Virus record (IMG/VR): IMGVR_UViG_3300046559_000436
Location: 1 to 64,000 of that record
DNA length: 64,000 bases
DNA from: a virus
Direction: 5' to 3' (one strand)
Part shown: positions 9,204 through 19,639 of the stretch, one piece after another
How the letters are laid out: each line of letters opens with the position of its first letter
Numbering within the stretch: position 1 is the first letter of the stretch
The notes under the pieces: model-generated
Database searches by the model: none
What the model saw: the letters and a program-made list of their open reading frames with translations, nothing else
What the model was told of the DNA's origin: nothing
Position numbers and translations under genes: made by a program

Positions 9204-12200
9204 TTGTCGAGTCGTAGATCTATCATGGCTGCCAACAAGGGAATCTCGGTTCCTGTTGGTGGGATGGGCAGTGGTGGCGGTGCCCCTTCGGCGGGTGGTA
9301 GCTGGGGGTCAGGCGCTGCAGCTATGGCCGGTGGGATGCAGTCACACGGCTGGGCCGCAGCTTACGGTCAACCCATGCCGGGTCTTCCACGGCTTCCCGA
9401 CACCTTCACCAACGGTGCGTTCGGCCCTCTTGCTCCGATCCTTCCAGTTCCTGTCGATATGCCGGAAGAGGACACCGGCTACGCTGAAGCTCGCCTTCAG
9501 GAGTACCAGGTTGGCTGGAACCTTCCGGTAGGAACCCCAGGGGCCGAGGGGATCAAACTAACCGACTTCGGCACGTTGAAGACGCTGGCCGACCTGTACT
9601 CGGTGGCCAGAGCCTGCATTCAACTCCGTAAGTCGGAGATCCGTGGTATCGAGTGGGACATCCTGCCCACTCGTGACGCCTCGAAGGCCATGCGAGGTTC
9701 GCCGTCCCTGGCCAGATCGTTCGGTGCACGTAGAGCGGAAGCCATCCGGTTCTTCAAGCGACCCGACCCGGACTTCTTCAACTGGTCCAGCTTCCTCGAC
9801 GCGCTAAGCGAAGAGGTGTTCGTCTTTGACGCCTTGTCGCTGCTGATCCGGCCCAAGTGGGCCAGAGGGAACGGTCTGGGGCTTCTGGGGTCGGATCTCG
9901 ACTCGTTGTCGCTGATCTCCGGACCCACCATCCGGCCACTGTTCGGCATGCATGGTGAGCGGCCACGGCCCCCGGCCCCAGCGTACCAGCAGTACCTGTA
10001 CGGTGTTCCCCGAACCGACTTGATGTCCCTGATCACAGAGCGTGACCTGGAGTCCGGCCAACTGACCGGGTCGGAGATGGGTCAGTTCCAGGCCGATCAG
10101 CTTCTGTACCTGCCGATGGTGGCCAGGCGATGGACCCCGTACGGATTCCCGCCGATCGAGCGTGCTCTGATTCCGGTTCTATCCGGTCTACAGAAGCAGG
10201 GCTTCCAGTACGACTACTACCGTGAAGGTTCGGTTCCGGCGGTCTACATCTCGCCGGGTGGCGCCAATGCCAACATGACCCCGAACCAGATCCGCGAACT
10301 CCAGGATGCCCTCAACGCCATCGCGGGTGACCCAGCCTGGAAGCACAAGATCATCGTGCTACCGGCCGACTCGAAGGTCATGCCGCAGAAGCAGACCGAG
10401 CTGGCGGATCAGTTCGACGAGATCGTGATGAACCAGGTGTGCATGGCGTTCGACGTCCAGCCTATGGAGCTGGGCATCATGCCTAAGGTGTCCACCACGG
10501 TCAGCCCTGGTGCGGCCAACCAGATGTCCAAGGCTAGCCAGACGATCCATGATCGGAAGGCCACCAAGCCGTTCCTGTCGTTCGTGTCGGATATCATGAA
10601 CGTGATCCTTCAGGAGGTGGCCGGTCAATCGGACATGCGGTTTATGTTCGAAGGTCTGGAGGAGGGTGATGATGAAGCGACCAAGACCAAGACGCTGATC
10701 GACCAGGTCGGCGCGGCTCTGCGTTCGATCGACGAGGCCCGAGAGGAGCTGGATCTTCAGCCCTGGGGTCTTCCCGAAACTAGCGACCCTGGTTGGGCCA
10801 CCGCCACTGGTTGGACTCCTCTAACCGAGGCTGTTGCCGCCGCACGCAGTGGAACCGAAGAAGGTTCGGTCTTCGTCGACCCGGCGGGGGCGATCACGGG
10901 CGACACGGCTCCGGATTCCGCTGGTGCCTCGGCTTCTGGTGGCGCTGGCACCCCAGTTCCGGACCAGCCCGAGGCAGCGAACGGAGAGCCCACCCCTCCG
11001 ACCGTTCCTGGCATCCAGGCCGAACCAGGGTCTCCTCAGGCTCCGTCAGACCCGACCATGGCCACTCCGGCGGGCGGGGTCCAGATCCCCGGCCACGCAG
11101 CTGCGGAAGCGGCAGCGCCGGACGTTCCGTCGGCCATGGCGAAGGGCTTCAAGGGCCCTCACAAGGATTTCCAGGAGCGTCGGGCCACCCGGGTCGAGAA
11201 GCACTCCGCAAAGGTCGAGGAACGGCTCTCGGAGCTTGTCGAAGGGGTGCGGGACGGAAAGATCGACCGCAACAAGGCAGTCGCACTCGGTGTGACCGTT
11301 CTGGCGGCCGGTTACGCGGACATCGTAGACAAGGCCATTAACGACGCTGACAGCGACCTAGGGCTGAATCTGGACTCTCGGGACCACCGGCTCGGGACTG
11401 ACGTGGCGTGGCGGGAGAGCGAGAAGCAGCGACAGTGGCTTGACGGTCTGATCCAGAAGGCAATCGACGACCCTAACAAGAAGCTCAAGGGTCGAATCAG
11501 TGCCTATGCCCGGAGTCTGCAGGCGGTGTACAACCGCATGTACGTCAACACGGCCAAGGGGACGGGTCAGGACTGGCGTATCACGTGGAGACTCGGCCCG
11601 ACCGAGCACTGTGACTCGTGCATCGAGAGAGACGGCAAGCAGTACGACCTCAACACCCTGCCAGGAATCCCGGGCGACGGTGGGTTTGATGACATCTGCG
11701 CCGGTGGCCCCAAGTGTGGATGCTCTCTCGAATTCGAGGAGGCTGACCGCAAGGACGCAGACGTAAATCCCGTCAAGAACCCGGGCAAGATCGACACCTT
11801 GGATCTCAAGGACCTGCACGAGCGAGTGGCTGAGCTGGCCAACTCCCGCATGCAGGTGGTTGGAAAGCACCCAGCCCAGCTGCTCAAGCCTGAGGACATC
11901 AGCGAGACGGACGTTCAGCAGATTTTCGCCAGCAAGACCAGGGCGATTCTGTCCGAGCTTGAGGCCATGACCCGGCATGTCAAGAAGGGTCGGTTGGTGT
12001 CCGAATGGGAGCCGCGTCACCTGTCCTCGGATGTGCTGGCCCGGGTCAACGAGTACATAGCTAAGGGCGCCGATGTGGAGACCGCATCGCAGATGGTTCG
12101 CCAGCAGCGCTTGGTGAGTACCGACGGGGTAGAGTATTGGGCTGACTTGATCGGGGACTGGCGGCCCGGTCAGATTTCGGAAGGTCGGGGCGGGGGCTAC

Positions 12201-13184
12201 GAGAAGCGTCCGCACGACGTGAACGACATTCAGGTCGCGTCCAAGGGGGCCAGCGACCTGGACGACCCGAACCCGGTGGCAGCTGAACACGTCGAAAACA
12301 TGATGATGGGGGATTTCAAGCCTTCCGGAATCAAGTGGATCAAGGACACTCAGTGGGTCGGTCCTATCAAGGTCGAGCCAGATCGAGTCGATCAGGATGA
12401 CATCGACGGGTGGGCGGCCAGCCACGAGCCCGAGAAGATCGCCAGGTTCGTCAAGATGCTGGAGAAGGGCAAGAAGATCAAGCCCGCCATCAGCATCCGA
12501 CAGACTGAGGGTGACAGTCGGATCAAGATCGTGGACGGTCACCACCGGTTCCTGGCCTACAAGCAGGTAGATGAGCCGTTCATCACTTATCTCGGGTTCG
12601 TCCCGGAGGGTGACGACCGGTGGGAGAGCACTCACTCTTACCAGCTGGCCAAGGACGGAAAGCCTTCTGAGTCCGCCCATGCCGTCAAGAGCCACGGAGA
12701 GGGTGAGAAGGTCTCGAAGGAGTCGGTGAACTACCGCCCGGCGGATGACCCAAACCAGCGATGTGGCAACTGCTCGATGTTCACATCGGAGACCAACACA
12801 TGCACCTTGGTTGACGGGGCCATTCGGGCCATCGACGTCTGTGACGAATGGGACCCGGTCGACACCAACAAGGCTCTGGCGCCCCAGGCTCTAGCTGCTC
12901 CGTCCCAAACGATCCCGGTCCAGACTCCTCAGGAGCCGCTCGACGAAGAGACGATGATGGCGGATCCGACGCTGATCGACTTCTTTGAAACAGGGGATGG
13001 AGCCAGTCAGATCAAGTGGGGGACCACTGGCGACATCTCGCGTTGCGTGACATTGGCAACGCAGTCGTTGGGGCTGGAGAACGCACAGCAGTTCTGTCAG
13101 GTTCGATACGCCAAGATGACCGGCCAGACAGCTAGCGGTCTGATTCATCAGAGCCCCGATGCTGGTGCCGGTGGTGGTAGCTAG
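9204..13184 (+). CDS. portal protein fused to MuF-like, ParB-like and HiPIP-like domains
   Basis: TTG start with GGAGG SD; portal motifs (YGFPPIE, FDVQPMELG, SIDEAREELDLQP), then WRLGPTEHCDSC..GPKCGC, IVDGHHR and CGNCSMF..C..G.I....C. Confidence 0.85.
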   Translation: MSSRRSIMAANKGISVPVGGMGSGGGAPSAGGSWGSGAAAMAGGMQSHGWAAAYGQPMPGLPRLPDTFTNGAFGPLAPILPVPVDMPEEDTGYAEARLQEYQVGWNLPVGTPGAEGIKLTDFGTLKTLADLYSVARACIQLRKSEIRGIEWDILPTRDASKAMRGSPSLARSFGARRAEAIRFFKRPDPDFFNWSSFLDALSEEVFVFDALSLLIRPKWARGNGLGLLGSDLDSLSLISGPTIRPLFGMHGERPRPPAPAYQQYLYGVPRTDLMSLITERDLESGQLTGSEMGQFQADQLLYLPMVARRWTPYGFPPIERALIPVLSGLQKQGFQYDYYREGSVPAVYISPGGANANMTPNQIRELQDALNAIAGDPAWKHKIIVLPADSKVMPQKQTELADQFDEIVMNQVCMAFDVQPMELGIMPKVSTTVSPGAANQMSKASQTIHDRKATKPFLSFVSDIMNVILQEVAGQSDMRFMFEGLEEGDDEATKTKTLIDQVGAALRSIDEAREELDLQPWGLPETSDPGWATATGWTPLTEAVAAARSGTEEGSVFVDPAGAITGDTAPDSAGASASGGAGTPVPDQPEAANGEPTPPTVPGIQAEPGSPQAPSDPTMATPAGGVQIPGHAAAEAAAPDVPSAMAKGFKGPHKDFQERRATRVEKHSAKVEERLSELVEGVRDGKIDRNKAVALGVTVLAAGYADIVDKAINDADSDLGLNLDSRDHRLGTDVAWRESEKQRQWLDGLIQKAIDDPNKKLKGRISAYARSLQAVYNRMYVNTAKGTGQDWRITWRLGPTEHCDSCIERDGKQYDLNTLPGIPGDGGFDDICAGGPKCGCSLEFEEADRKDADVNPVKNPGKIDTLDLKDLHERVAELANSRMQVVGKHPAQLLKPEDISETDVQQIFASKTRAILSELEAMTRHVKKGRLVSEWEPRHLSSDVLARVNEYIAKGADVETASQMVRQQRLVSTDGVEYWADLIGDWRPGQISEGRGGGYEKRPHDVNDIQVASKGASDLDDPNPVAAEHVENMMMGDFKPSGIKWIKDTQWVGPIKVEPDRVDQDDIDGWAASHEPEKIARFVKMLEKGKKIKPAISIRQTEGDSRIKIVDGHHRFLAYKQVDEPFITYLGFVPEGDDRWESTHSYQLAKDGKPSESAHAVKSHGEGEKVSKESVNYRPADDPNQRCGNCSMFTSETNTCTLVDGAIRAIDVCDEWDPVDTNKALAPQALAAPSQTIPVQTPQEPLDEETMMADPTLIDFFETGDGASQIKWGTTGDISRCVTLATQSLGLENAQQFCQVRYAKMTGQTASGLIHQSPDAGAGGGS

Positions 13185-13417
13185 TGGTTGACGGTAGGGA
13201 TGTAGACCGGGCCAAAGAACTCTTGGTGGAGTTGGCTGAGATATTGAACAAGCTCCACCAGACCGGCACCCCGATCGAGTTGAAGTTTGACAGCGTCTTT
13301 TCCGATGTAGGTTACTGCCTGCAGAACGAAGACGGTTCGTGGCGGGCAGCGGTTAAGACAGGAAAACCCCCCAAGTGGTGGTCCAAACATGATCGTCACA
13401 ATCCGGATGATATTTAG
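13184..13417 (+). CDS. hypothetical protein
   Basis: Start overlaps the portal stop. Confidence 0.55.
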   Translation: MVDGRDVDRAKELLVELAEILNKLHQTGTPIELKFDSVFSDVGYCLQNEDGSWRAAVKTGKPPKWWSKHDRHNPDDI

Positions 13418-13419
13418 AG

Positions 13420-13449
13420 TTGTCCGATTAGTTTGGTTACCGTTATAAT
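13420..13449 (+). promoter_or_regulatory. promoter for the head-assembly operon
   Basis: TTGTCC-18-TATAAT upstream of the protease gene. Confidence 0.6.
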
Positions 13450-13475
13450 TGGCTCAGACGGGTAATAGGAGTTAT

Positions 13476-16148
13476 GTGGCCACCTCACTCACTGAACCAG
13501 GATCGACGGAAGTAGAAAGCCTTCACTTCAGCTTCCCCATCTCCAAGATGGAGACTGACGCGGACGGCGATCTGATCGTCAAGGGCGTGGCCACTGACGG
13601 TTCTGTCGACAGCGACTACCAGATTGTCGACCCTGAGTGGTCGGCCAAGGCACTGGGCGATTGGCTTTCCACTGGCGGTAACGTCCGCATGGCTCACGAC
13701 GCTCATCGCCCGGTGGGCAAGGGTCTGTCGGTGGAGATCGACCGGGACGGTGACGGCAAGCACTGGGTCAAGTCCGTCATCGTCGACTCGGAAGCCAAGA
13801 GGCTGGTCGAAAAGGGTGTGCTTCGAGCGTACTCGGTCGGCATCAGCCACCCAGTGATCAAGCGCGACCCGACCGGCCGAGCCCGTGGCGGAATCATCTG
13901 CGGCGGTGAGCTGAGCGAACTGTCGATCGTGGACCGCCCGGCGAACAAGAACAGCTACCTCGAACTTGCCAAGGCCGCTGGTGCGAACGGCTCGATCGAG
14001 TTCACCGGTGTACTGCACGAGGGAGCCCCCGAGGACGTCGTGAAGAAGGCAGTCGGAACCTTCTCACCCGGCGATCTGGCGAAGCTCCTGGAGCACCGTC
14101 GGGTCGCCGAGAAGCGCGACATGGACCCGGATGTGGGCGGCGGCGTCGATCGAGACAAGATCCCCGCCTCGGACTTTGTGGACCCCAAGGGCCGCAGATT
14201 TCCGATCGTCACATCCGGAGACGTATCGGACGCTGTCAGCTCTTACGGCCGAGCCAAGCCGCAGATCCCGATGGACAAGTTCAAGAGTCGGCTCACATCC
14301 ATTGCCCGGCGTAAGGGCTTCGAGTCGTCGCTCCCAGAGAGCTGGGGCAACGGCGATGCAAAGAAGGGTGCCTTGATGGCCCAGCCACCGATGGGGTCGG
14401 CCCAGGCCCCCCAGCCGCAGCCCCCCCAGCACAGTGGCCCTCCGGTACCGGCGCAGGGCCACCCGGCCCCTCCGGCGGGCCCCCAGACCCATCCGGCTAC
14501 TCTGGCCCCCAGCCCTCCGCACGGCGGCCCCCAGGACGGCACGGCGCCCCACCCGCAGCCCCAGATGCAGGACCCCAATCAGCCTCCGGCTTTCAAGTGT
14601 GACTGCCCGTGCGGCTATGAGGCCGACAGCCACATGAACTTCTGCCCAGGCTGCGGGTCCCCGATCGACAAGGGCGGCATGGGCATGGGTGGCCAGCCCC
14701 AGCCTCCGGCAGGTGGTCAGCCCCCGGCCGACCCCACCGACGCCAACGGCCATATGCAGGTGACCATGCCGATGCAGCAGAAGGCCGATGCCCCCCCGTC
14801 CAAGACGGTTGGCGAGCCTCTGGAGCGTACAGACGTCCCGGAGTCGGTTGCGGACGCCAAGAAGAAGCCGAAGAAGCAGGGCAAGCCGAAGTCCCTGATG
14901 GCTGAGACCGAGGCGTACGCCAAGAAGCCGAAGAAGAACGGCAAGATCCCGACTCCGAAGGGCGTCCCGACTCCCGACGGTCTCCCTGCCACCAAGTCGT
15001 CGGTGGAGATGGACTACGCCATGCAGACGGCGATGGTCCTGAAGCAGCTCGACGTCCCGTCGGACCTCGGCGCACTTCACGACCTCCTGTGCCCCGGGTT
15101 CCACCCGATCGACGCCGAGAAGTGCCACCCCACCCATTCGCTCAAGTCGGTGGATGTCAGCTTCTGGCAGAACGAGGCGCTGAACGCGGCCACAGGCGCC
15201 CCCCTGGTGGAGGCGGCCAGGGCAACCGAACGCTGGCAGGCCGCCGAGACCATCAAGTCGGCGGCTGCTGATCGACCGGATGAGATCCTGGACATCCGCC
15301 ATGAGGCCCACAAGGCATTCAAGGACGCTCAGATCGGCCCTGGGACTGCTCCAACTCCGACTCAGATCCGGGCCGGTCAGTTCAAGCGCCCCAACCTGAC
15401 TGCCGGTCACGGTCGCCCATCGAACGGACACGACAGCCCGAACACGGCGGAGGTTCCGTCGGACGGTATCGCTGCCGCTGACTTCCGGGGCGGATACCTG
15501 GACTCCCAGCACGCCGATGAGAGCCCGTCCAACAAGAGTCAGCGCCCGATCAACTACCCCACTTCGACGGGTAACCTCCAGACCGTCGACTACGCGAACG
15601 CGTCCCGTCAGGCGGCCAAGTCCGCGATGGACGCCATCCACGACCACATCTCCCACACGTTCCCGGACCTCTGCCCGATGGGCTCCCCCGGCGGCACCGA
15701 GGACCTCGGCCACGTCCCGATGGGCGAGACCAAGGTCCCGCAGCCCGTCGGCGACCGAGCCAAGAAGTCCGAGGGAACGGGCACGGAGAAGTCCGTCACC
15801 ACCGAACCCGCAGGTTCTGACGTTCTGGAGATGCTGGGAGGGATGGCAGCGGAGCTGCGCACCCTCACCAAGTCTCTGAACAAGGAACGTAAGCGGAACG
15901 CCGAACTGCAGAAGACGGTCGATTCCATGGCAGCGATGCCGGACCCGACAGTTACCGCGTTCAAGGGCGTGTTCTTCGATCGTACCGTCAACAAGTCGGC
16001 AGTTCCGGCCAGGGCGGTCGCTGACGCTGCGGAGCAGACTCAGCAGATGATGATGCGCGAGCTGGAGTCCCAGTTCCGCACCAGCCACGACCCGGCGCAG
16101 CGGGAGGCTGCCTGGGCGTCTCTCATGAAGATGCGCGGCCTGTCCTAA
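13476..16148 (+). CDS. prohead protease / scaffold fusion
   Basis: HK97-type protease (GVATDGSVD..D, MAHD, AYSVG, ELSIVDRPAN), then DFVDPKGRRFPI domain, Pro/Gln-rich linker, Zn ribbon and C-terminal coiled coil. Confidence 0.85.
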   Translation: MATSLTEPGSTEVESLHFSFPISKMETDADGDLIVKGVATDGSVDSDYQIVDPEWSAKALGDWLSTGGNVRMAHDAHRPVGKGLSVEIDRDGDGKHWVKSVIVDSEAKRLVEKGVLRAYSVGISHPVIKRDPTGRARGGIICGGELSELSIVDRPANKNSYLELAKAAGANGSIEFTGVLHEGAPEDVVKKAVGTFSPGDLAKLLEHRRVAEKRDMDPDVGGGVDRDKIPASDFVDPKGRRFPIVTSGDVSDAVSSYGRAKPQIPMDKFKSRLTSIARRKGFESSLPESWGNGDAKKGALMAQPPMGSAQAPQPQPPQHSGPPVPAQGHPAPPAGPQTHPATLAPSPPHGGPQDGTAPHPQPQMQDPNQPPAFKCDCPCGYEADSHMNFCPGCGSPIDKGGMGMGGQPQPPAGGQPPADPTDANGHMQVTMPMQQKADAPPSKTVGEPLERTDVPESVADAKKKPKKQGKPKSLMAETEAYAKKPKKNGKIPTPKGVPTPDGLPATKSSVEMDYAMQTAMVLKQLDVPSDLGALHDLLCPGFHPIDAEKCHPTHSLKSVDVSFWQNEALNAATGAPLVEAARATERWQAAETIKSAAADRPDEILDIRHEAHKAFKDAQIGPGTAPTPTQIRAGQFKRPNLTAGHGRPSNGHDSPNTAEVPSDGIAAADFRGGYLDSQHADESPSNKSQRPINYPTSTGNLQTVDYANASRQAAKSAMDAIHDHISHTFPDLCPMGSPGGTEDLGHVPMGETKVPQPVGDRAKKSEGTGTEKSVTTEPAGSDVLEMLGGMAAELRTLTKSLNKERKRNAELQKTVDSMAAMPDPTVTAFKGVFFDRTVNKSAVPARAVADAAEQTQQMMMRELESQFRTSHDPAQREAAWASLMKMRGLS

Positions 16149-16193
16149 CCGACAGATCGCAACTAGCCTCCCTAACGAAGGGTTAAAAGCACC

Positions 16194-18041
16194 ATGGCAA
16201 TGGAACTCCTCGACGCCGAGAAGATCGGCCCGGCCGGTATCACCGGCTCGGTCATCAACGAGGCCGCTCGCGAGGCCGGTAACTACGGCAACACTCACGA
16301 GATGCTCAAGCACCGTGTCACCGGCCTGGTCAAGGGCGCTGGCTTCGCGGCTCCGGGTGGCAACACCCCACTGACCGACAACGGCCAGATCCTGACCAAG
16401 GCCCACCAGGCCGCCCTCGACATCCGGACCTCGACCTACCAGGGCTACTCGGACCGCCAGTCGGTGGTCAAGAGCCTGAACGGTGGGTTCCTGAACCAGT
16501 TCGGCTACCTCAAGTCCGCTCTGAGTGCTCCGTCCATCGGGGAGCAGGTGCAGCAGCTCGTTGGCGGCATGCCGGGCGGCGCTGACGCTCTGAAGTCGTT
16601 CACGGCGGGCAACCTGGGCATCGGCTCGATCTACGGCCTGGTCCCGTTCGACCTGCTCGCGCCATCGCGCCTGATCTACCCGATGTACACCGTCTTCCGG
16701 AACAAGTTCCCACGGCCGCAGGGCCAGGGCACCAGCCGGATCGAGAAGGTGTTCACCGGCATCTCCGGTTCGCAGACCGGCGGCCAGGGCGTCGTCGACA
16801 TCTCGATCCCGGAGCTGGTCCAGGCCGGTGCTTCGATGTCGAGCACGCAGTGGCCGCTGAACCTGCCGAGCCAGGGCTCGCAGACGCAAGTGACTCTGAA
16901 CGTCCCCTACAAGTTCTTCGGCCTCACCGAGTCCCTGTCGTGGCTGTCGCAGTTCAGCGGTCAGGGCTTCGAGGACATCTCGGCCCTCGCGAACCTCATC
17001 CTCCTCCAGGAGATGATGCTCGGCGAGGAGTACCAGATGATCGCTGGCTCCAGCACCACGCTGAGCGCTCCGACCGTGGTCTCTCTCACCGCCCGCACCG
17101 CTGGTTCCGGTGAGACCACCGTTGGCACCAACGCCAACTTCACGGTCTTCGTCACCGCGACCAACTACTACGGTGAGACCACCGCCGCGCAGTCCTCCAC
17201 CATCGCCACCACCACCGGCCAGGTCGTCGACCTCACCGCCACTCTCCCGCCCGGCGGCCAGCAGCTCAACATCTACGTCTCCGTCAACGCCTCTCCGACT
17301 CGCGCCAACGCGTTCCTGGTCAAGTCCGGCGTCGGCGGCTCCAAGTTCACCGTTCAGGGTACCATCCCTGGCTCGGGCGCCAACCCTCCCGCCGCCGACA
17401 CCGGGACCGGTTCTCAGAACCGCATGGAGGGTCTGATCCCGACCCTGACCGGCAAGTCCAACACCTCGGGCATCTACCCGGCCAACTGGCAGGGCGGCTA
17501 CGTCAACCAGAACGTCGGCACCCACCTCGGCTTCAACGCCATCTACACCGCGCTGCAGGCCCTGTGGGACGGCGCGCAGGGCTCCGGCAACAACCCGGGT
17601 GCGTTCCGTGCCGACCCGGCGGAGATCGTCGGCGAGGGTGGCGACATCATGCGCCTCTCGAACGACGTGATCTCCCAGGGCGCGGCCACCAACTACCGCC
17701 TGTTCCTCGACCAGCCTGACGTGGGCGGCGTTCGGGTCGGTGCGGCGGTCTCCGAGTTCCAGAACCCGATCACCCGCTCTGTGCTCAAGCTGGTCGTCCA
17801 CCCGTGGCTGACCCAGGGCACCGCGATGCTGATGTCCTACCAGCTCCCGCAGACCTGGTCGAACGTCTCCAACGCGTGGGAGATGACGGTCGTCCAGGAC
17901 TACATGTCCATCGCCTGGCCGGTCATCGACGCGACCTTCCGCTACTCGATCTTCCTCTACGGCGCGATGGTCGCCCACGCCCCGCAGTACTCGGGCATCC
18001 TCCAGGGTCTCCAGATCTCGGACACCACTCCGTTCAGCTAA
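16194..18041 (+). CDS. major capsid protein with an inserted beta-sandwich domain
   Basis: Follows protease/scaffold; very strong C-ending codon bias; followed by a terminator. Confidence 0.8.
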   Translation: MAMELLDAEKIGPAGITGSVINEAAREAGNYGNTHEMLKHRVTGLVKGAGFAAPGGNTPLTDNGQILTKAHQAALDIRTSTYQGYSDRQSVVKSLNGGFLNQFGYLKSALSAPSIGEQVQQLVGGMPGGADALKSFTAGNLGIGSIYGLVPFDLLAPSRLIYPMYTVFRNKFPRPQGQGTSRIEKVFTGISGSQTGGQGVVDISIPELVQAGASMSSTQWPLNLPSQGSQTQVTLNVPYKFFGLTESLSWLSQFSGQGFEDISALANLILLQEMMLGEEYQMIAGSSTTLSAPTVVSLTARTAGSGETTVGTNANFTVFVTATNYYGETTAAQSSTIATTTGQVVDLTATLPPGGQQLNIYVSVNASPTRANAFLVKSGVGGSKFTVQGTIPGSGANPPAADTGTGSQNRMEGLIPTLTGKSNTSGIYPANWQGGYVNQNVGTHLGFNAIYTALQALWDGAQGSGNNPGAFRADPAEIVGEGGDIMRLSNDVISQGAATNYRLFLDQPDVGGVRVGAAVSEFQNPITRSVLKLVVHPWLTQGTAMLMSYQLPQTWSNVSNAWEMTVVQDYMSIAWPVIDATFRYSIFLYGAMVAHAPQYSGILQGLQISDTTPFS

Positions 18042-18053
18042 GACCCCCGGACC

Positions 18054-18088
18054 GCTAGGGGCGGGTGTCGCACCCACCCGCCCCTAGC
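18054..18088 (+). terminator. stem-loop after the capsid gene
   Basis: GCTAGGGGCGGGTG...CACCCGCCCCTAGC. Confidence 0.7.
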
Positions 18089-18114
18089 TTCGATCAAAAC
18101 AAGGAGATCCTCGG

Positions 18115-18441
18115 ATGCCGATCTTCGGCTCGAACGTCCAGACCACCTCGGTTGGCAACTCTGCCACCCAGGTGTTCAACCCGAACGCTGCGCCGTACTC
18201 CACGCTCGCCGGTCCGCTCAAGGACCCGGTCATCGAGAACACCAGCGCCACTGTGACCGTCTACCTGGGTCAGTCGGCCGTCACCGCCGTCACTGGCCTT
18301 CCGCTCGCACCGGGCCAGCAGATCACCTACAACGGCTTCTCGACGGCGGCCGGTTCCGGCGGTACTGCGCTGTACGCCATCACGTCGTCCGGTACCGCCG
18401 TCGTCGTGGCCGGTCTCGCCACCATCAACATCAACGAGTAA
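18115..18441 (+). CDS. putative capsid decoration protein
   Basis: AAGGAG SD; small beta-rich protein after the capsid gene. Confidence 0.55.
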   Translation: MPIFGSNVQTTSVGNSATQVFNPNAAPYSTLAGPLKDPVIENTSATVTVYLGQSAVTAVTGLPLAPGQQITYNGFSTAAGSGGTALYAITSSGTAVVVAGLATININE

Positions 18442-18506
18442 CAACACCCCCGGTCGGCTGCAGCCGTGAAAGCGGCTGCAGCCCCCCTCACGATTGGGTA
18501 TGCAAC

Positions 18507-18977
18507 GTGTCTCTCAACGGAACACTCCAGCAGCCGGGTGTGATGCTGATCGAGAGCCAGACGGTTTTCGACAACACGGTCACCTTCTCCCCCGGCACTC
18601 CTCTGGTGTCTCAGGGCCCCGTCACCCTCAACACCATCAACGGCGGCGGCACTGTCCCAACCATCGCCACTGTCACCGCTGGTGCTGGCGTCGGTTCGAC
18701 CGCCACCCTCAAGGTCGGCCACGACGTCGGTGGCTCGTTCGTACTGACCGCTGCTGGCACCCCGGCGGCCGGTCCGATCGCCACCGTGACCTTCGGAACC
18801 CCATTGACAGCCGCTCCGGTGTCTGTCGTGGTCTCCGCCGTGGACACCACCGGCTCTCCGCTCCTGGTGGTCAACGTGGGCGCGGGAGCCTTCGCAACGA
18901 CGGGATTCAGCATCGTCGGTCCGGCTCTCACCGCTGCTCACACCTACCTGATCTCGTACCAGGTGGTCGCGTCGTAA
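18507..18977 (+). CDS. virion structural protein
   Basis: Thr/Ala/Gly-rich beta protein; biased codons. Confidence 0.6.
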   Translation: MSLNGTLQQPGVMLIESQTVFDNTVTFSPGTPLVSQGPVTLNTINGGGTVPTIATVTAGAGVGSTATLKVGHDVGGSFVLTAAGTPAAGPIATVTFGTPLTAAPVSVVVSAVDTTGSPLLVVNVGAGAFATTGFSIVGPALTAAHTYLISYQVVAS

Positions 18978-19261
18978 TGCTTCACCTCGACCAGACTTTC
19001 ATCGCCGCTTCCCCCGCAATCACCAAGTTCGTGGACGTCCCACCGGGCCCGTGTTCGGTGGTTATCAGCGTGCTTCAGTCTGGTGCTGCGGTAAGCGTTG
19101 GCTCGTCCAGCACGGCCACCACGTCCACCAACGGATTCGTGGCCAACGCAGGTCAGAGCGTCACCATCAACCAGCCGGTTGGCGCATCTGGAGTGACCCT
19201 GTATGGTGTCGGCATCGGCGGAACTGCTATCATTAGCACAGCGATAGCGATCCAGGGTTAA
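18977..19261 (+). CDS. virion structural protein, paralog of 18115-18441
   Basis: TAATG coupling; shared V.(L/V)G..G(L/F)...GQ..T...G..LY pattern. Confidence 0.55.
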   Translation: MLHLDQTFIAASPAITKFVDVPPGPCSVVISVLQSGAAVSVGSSSTATTSTNGFVANAGQSVTINQPVGASGVTLYGVGIGGTAIISTAIAIQG

Positions 19262-19275
19262 CGTAGGAGTTGCGG

Positions 19276-19614
19276 ATGGGTGTCAAGGTTCAGCTACCCC
19301 CCGGGTGCAAGGGCTTCGATTGCGCCGACGGTACGAAGTACACCGCCAAGAAGTCGGGCGGTACCGTCGAGGTGTCCGAACGCCATGCTGCCGCCATCAA
19401 CGGCGGTCAATACGGGCAGACCGACTTCATCAGCGCGAAGGGGGCGCTGAATCTCGGCACCAGGGACGGCCGATGGTGTCAGAAGTGCAACCGCATCTGG
19501 AACGCCTGGAACAAGGTTTGCTCCAAGTGCGGAGACCCCACGGTAACTGAGGCAGAGCTAGCGGAGGCTGGCGGAATTCAGACGACTCCGCCGTCCCCGT
19601 ACAACGCTGCCTGA
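19276..19614 (+). CDS. Zn-ribbon hypothetical protein
   Basis: AGGAG SD; CQKC..CSKC. Confidence 0.65.
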   Translation: MGVKVQLPPGCKGFDCADGTKYTAKKSGGTVEVSERHAAAINGGQYGQTDFISAKGALNLGTRDGRWCQKCNRIWNAWNKVCSKCGDPTVTEAELAEAGGIQTTPPSPYNAA

Positions 19615-19639
19615 CCAACAAAAGACAGGAGAAACGAGT

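Noticed and set aside
14064-18077. 1337-aa minus-strand ORF
   Set aside because: Antisense shadow of the strongly codon-biased protease and capsid genes; high GC3 removes stops on the opposite strand; no domain motifs.
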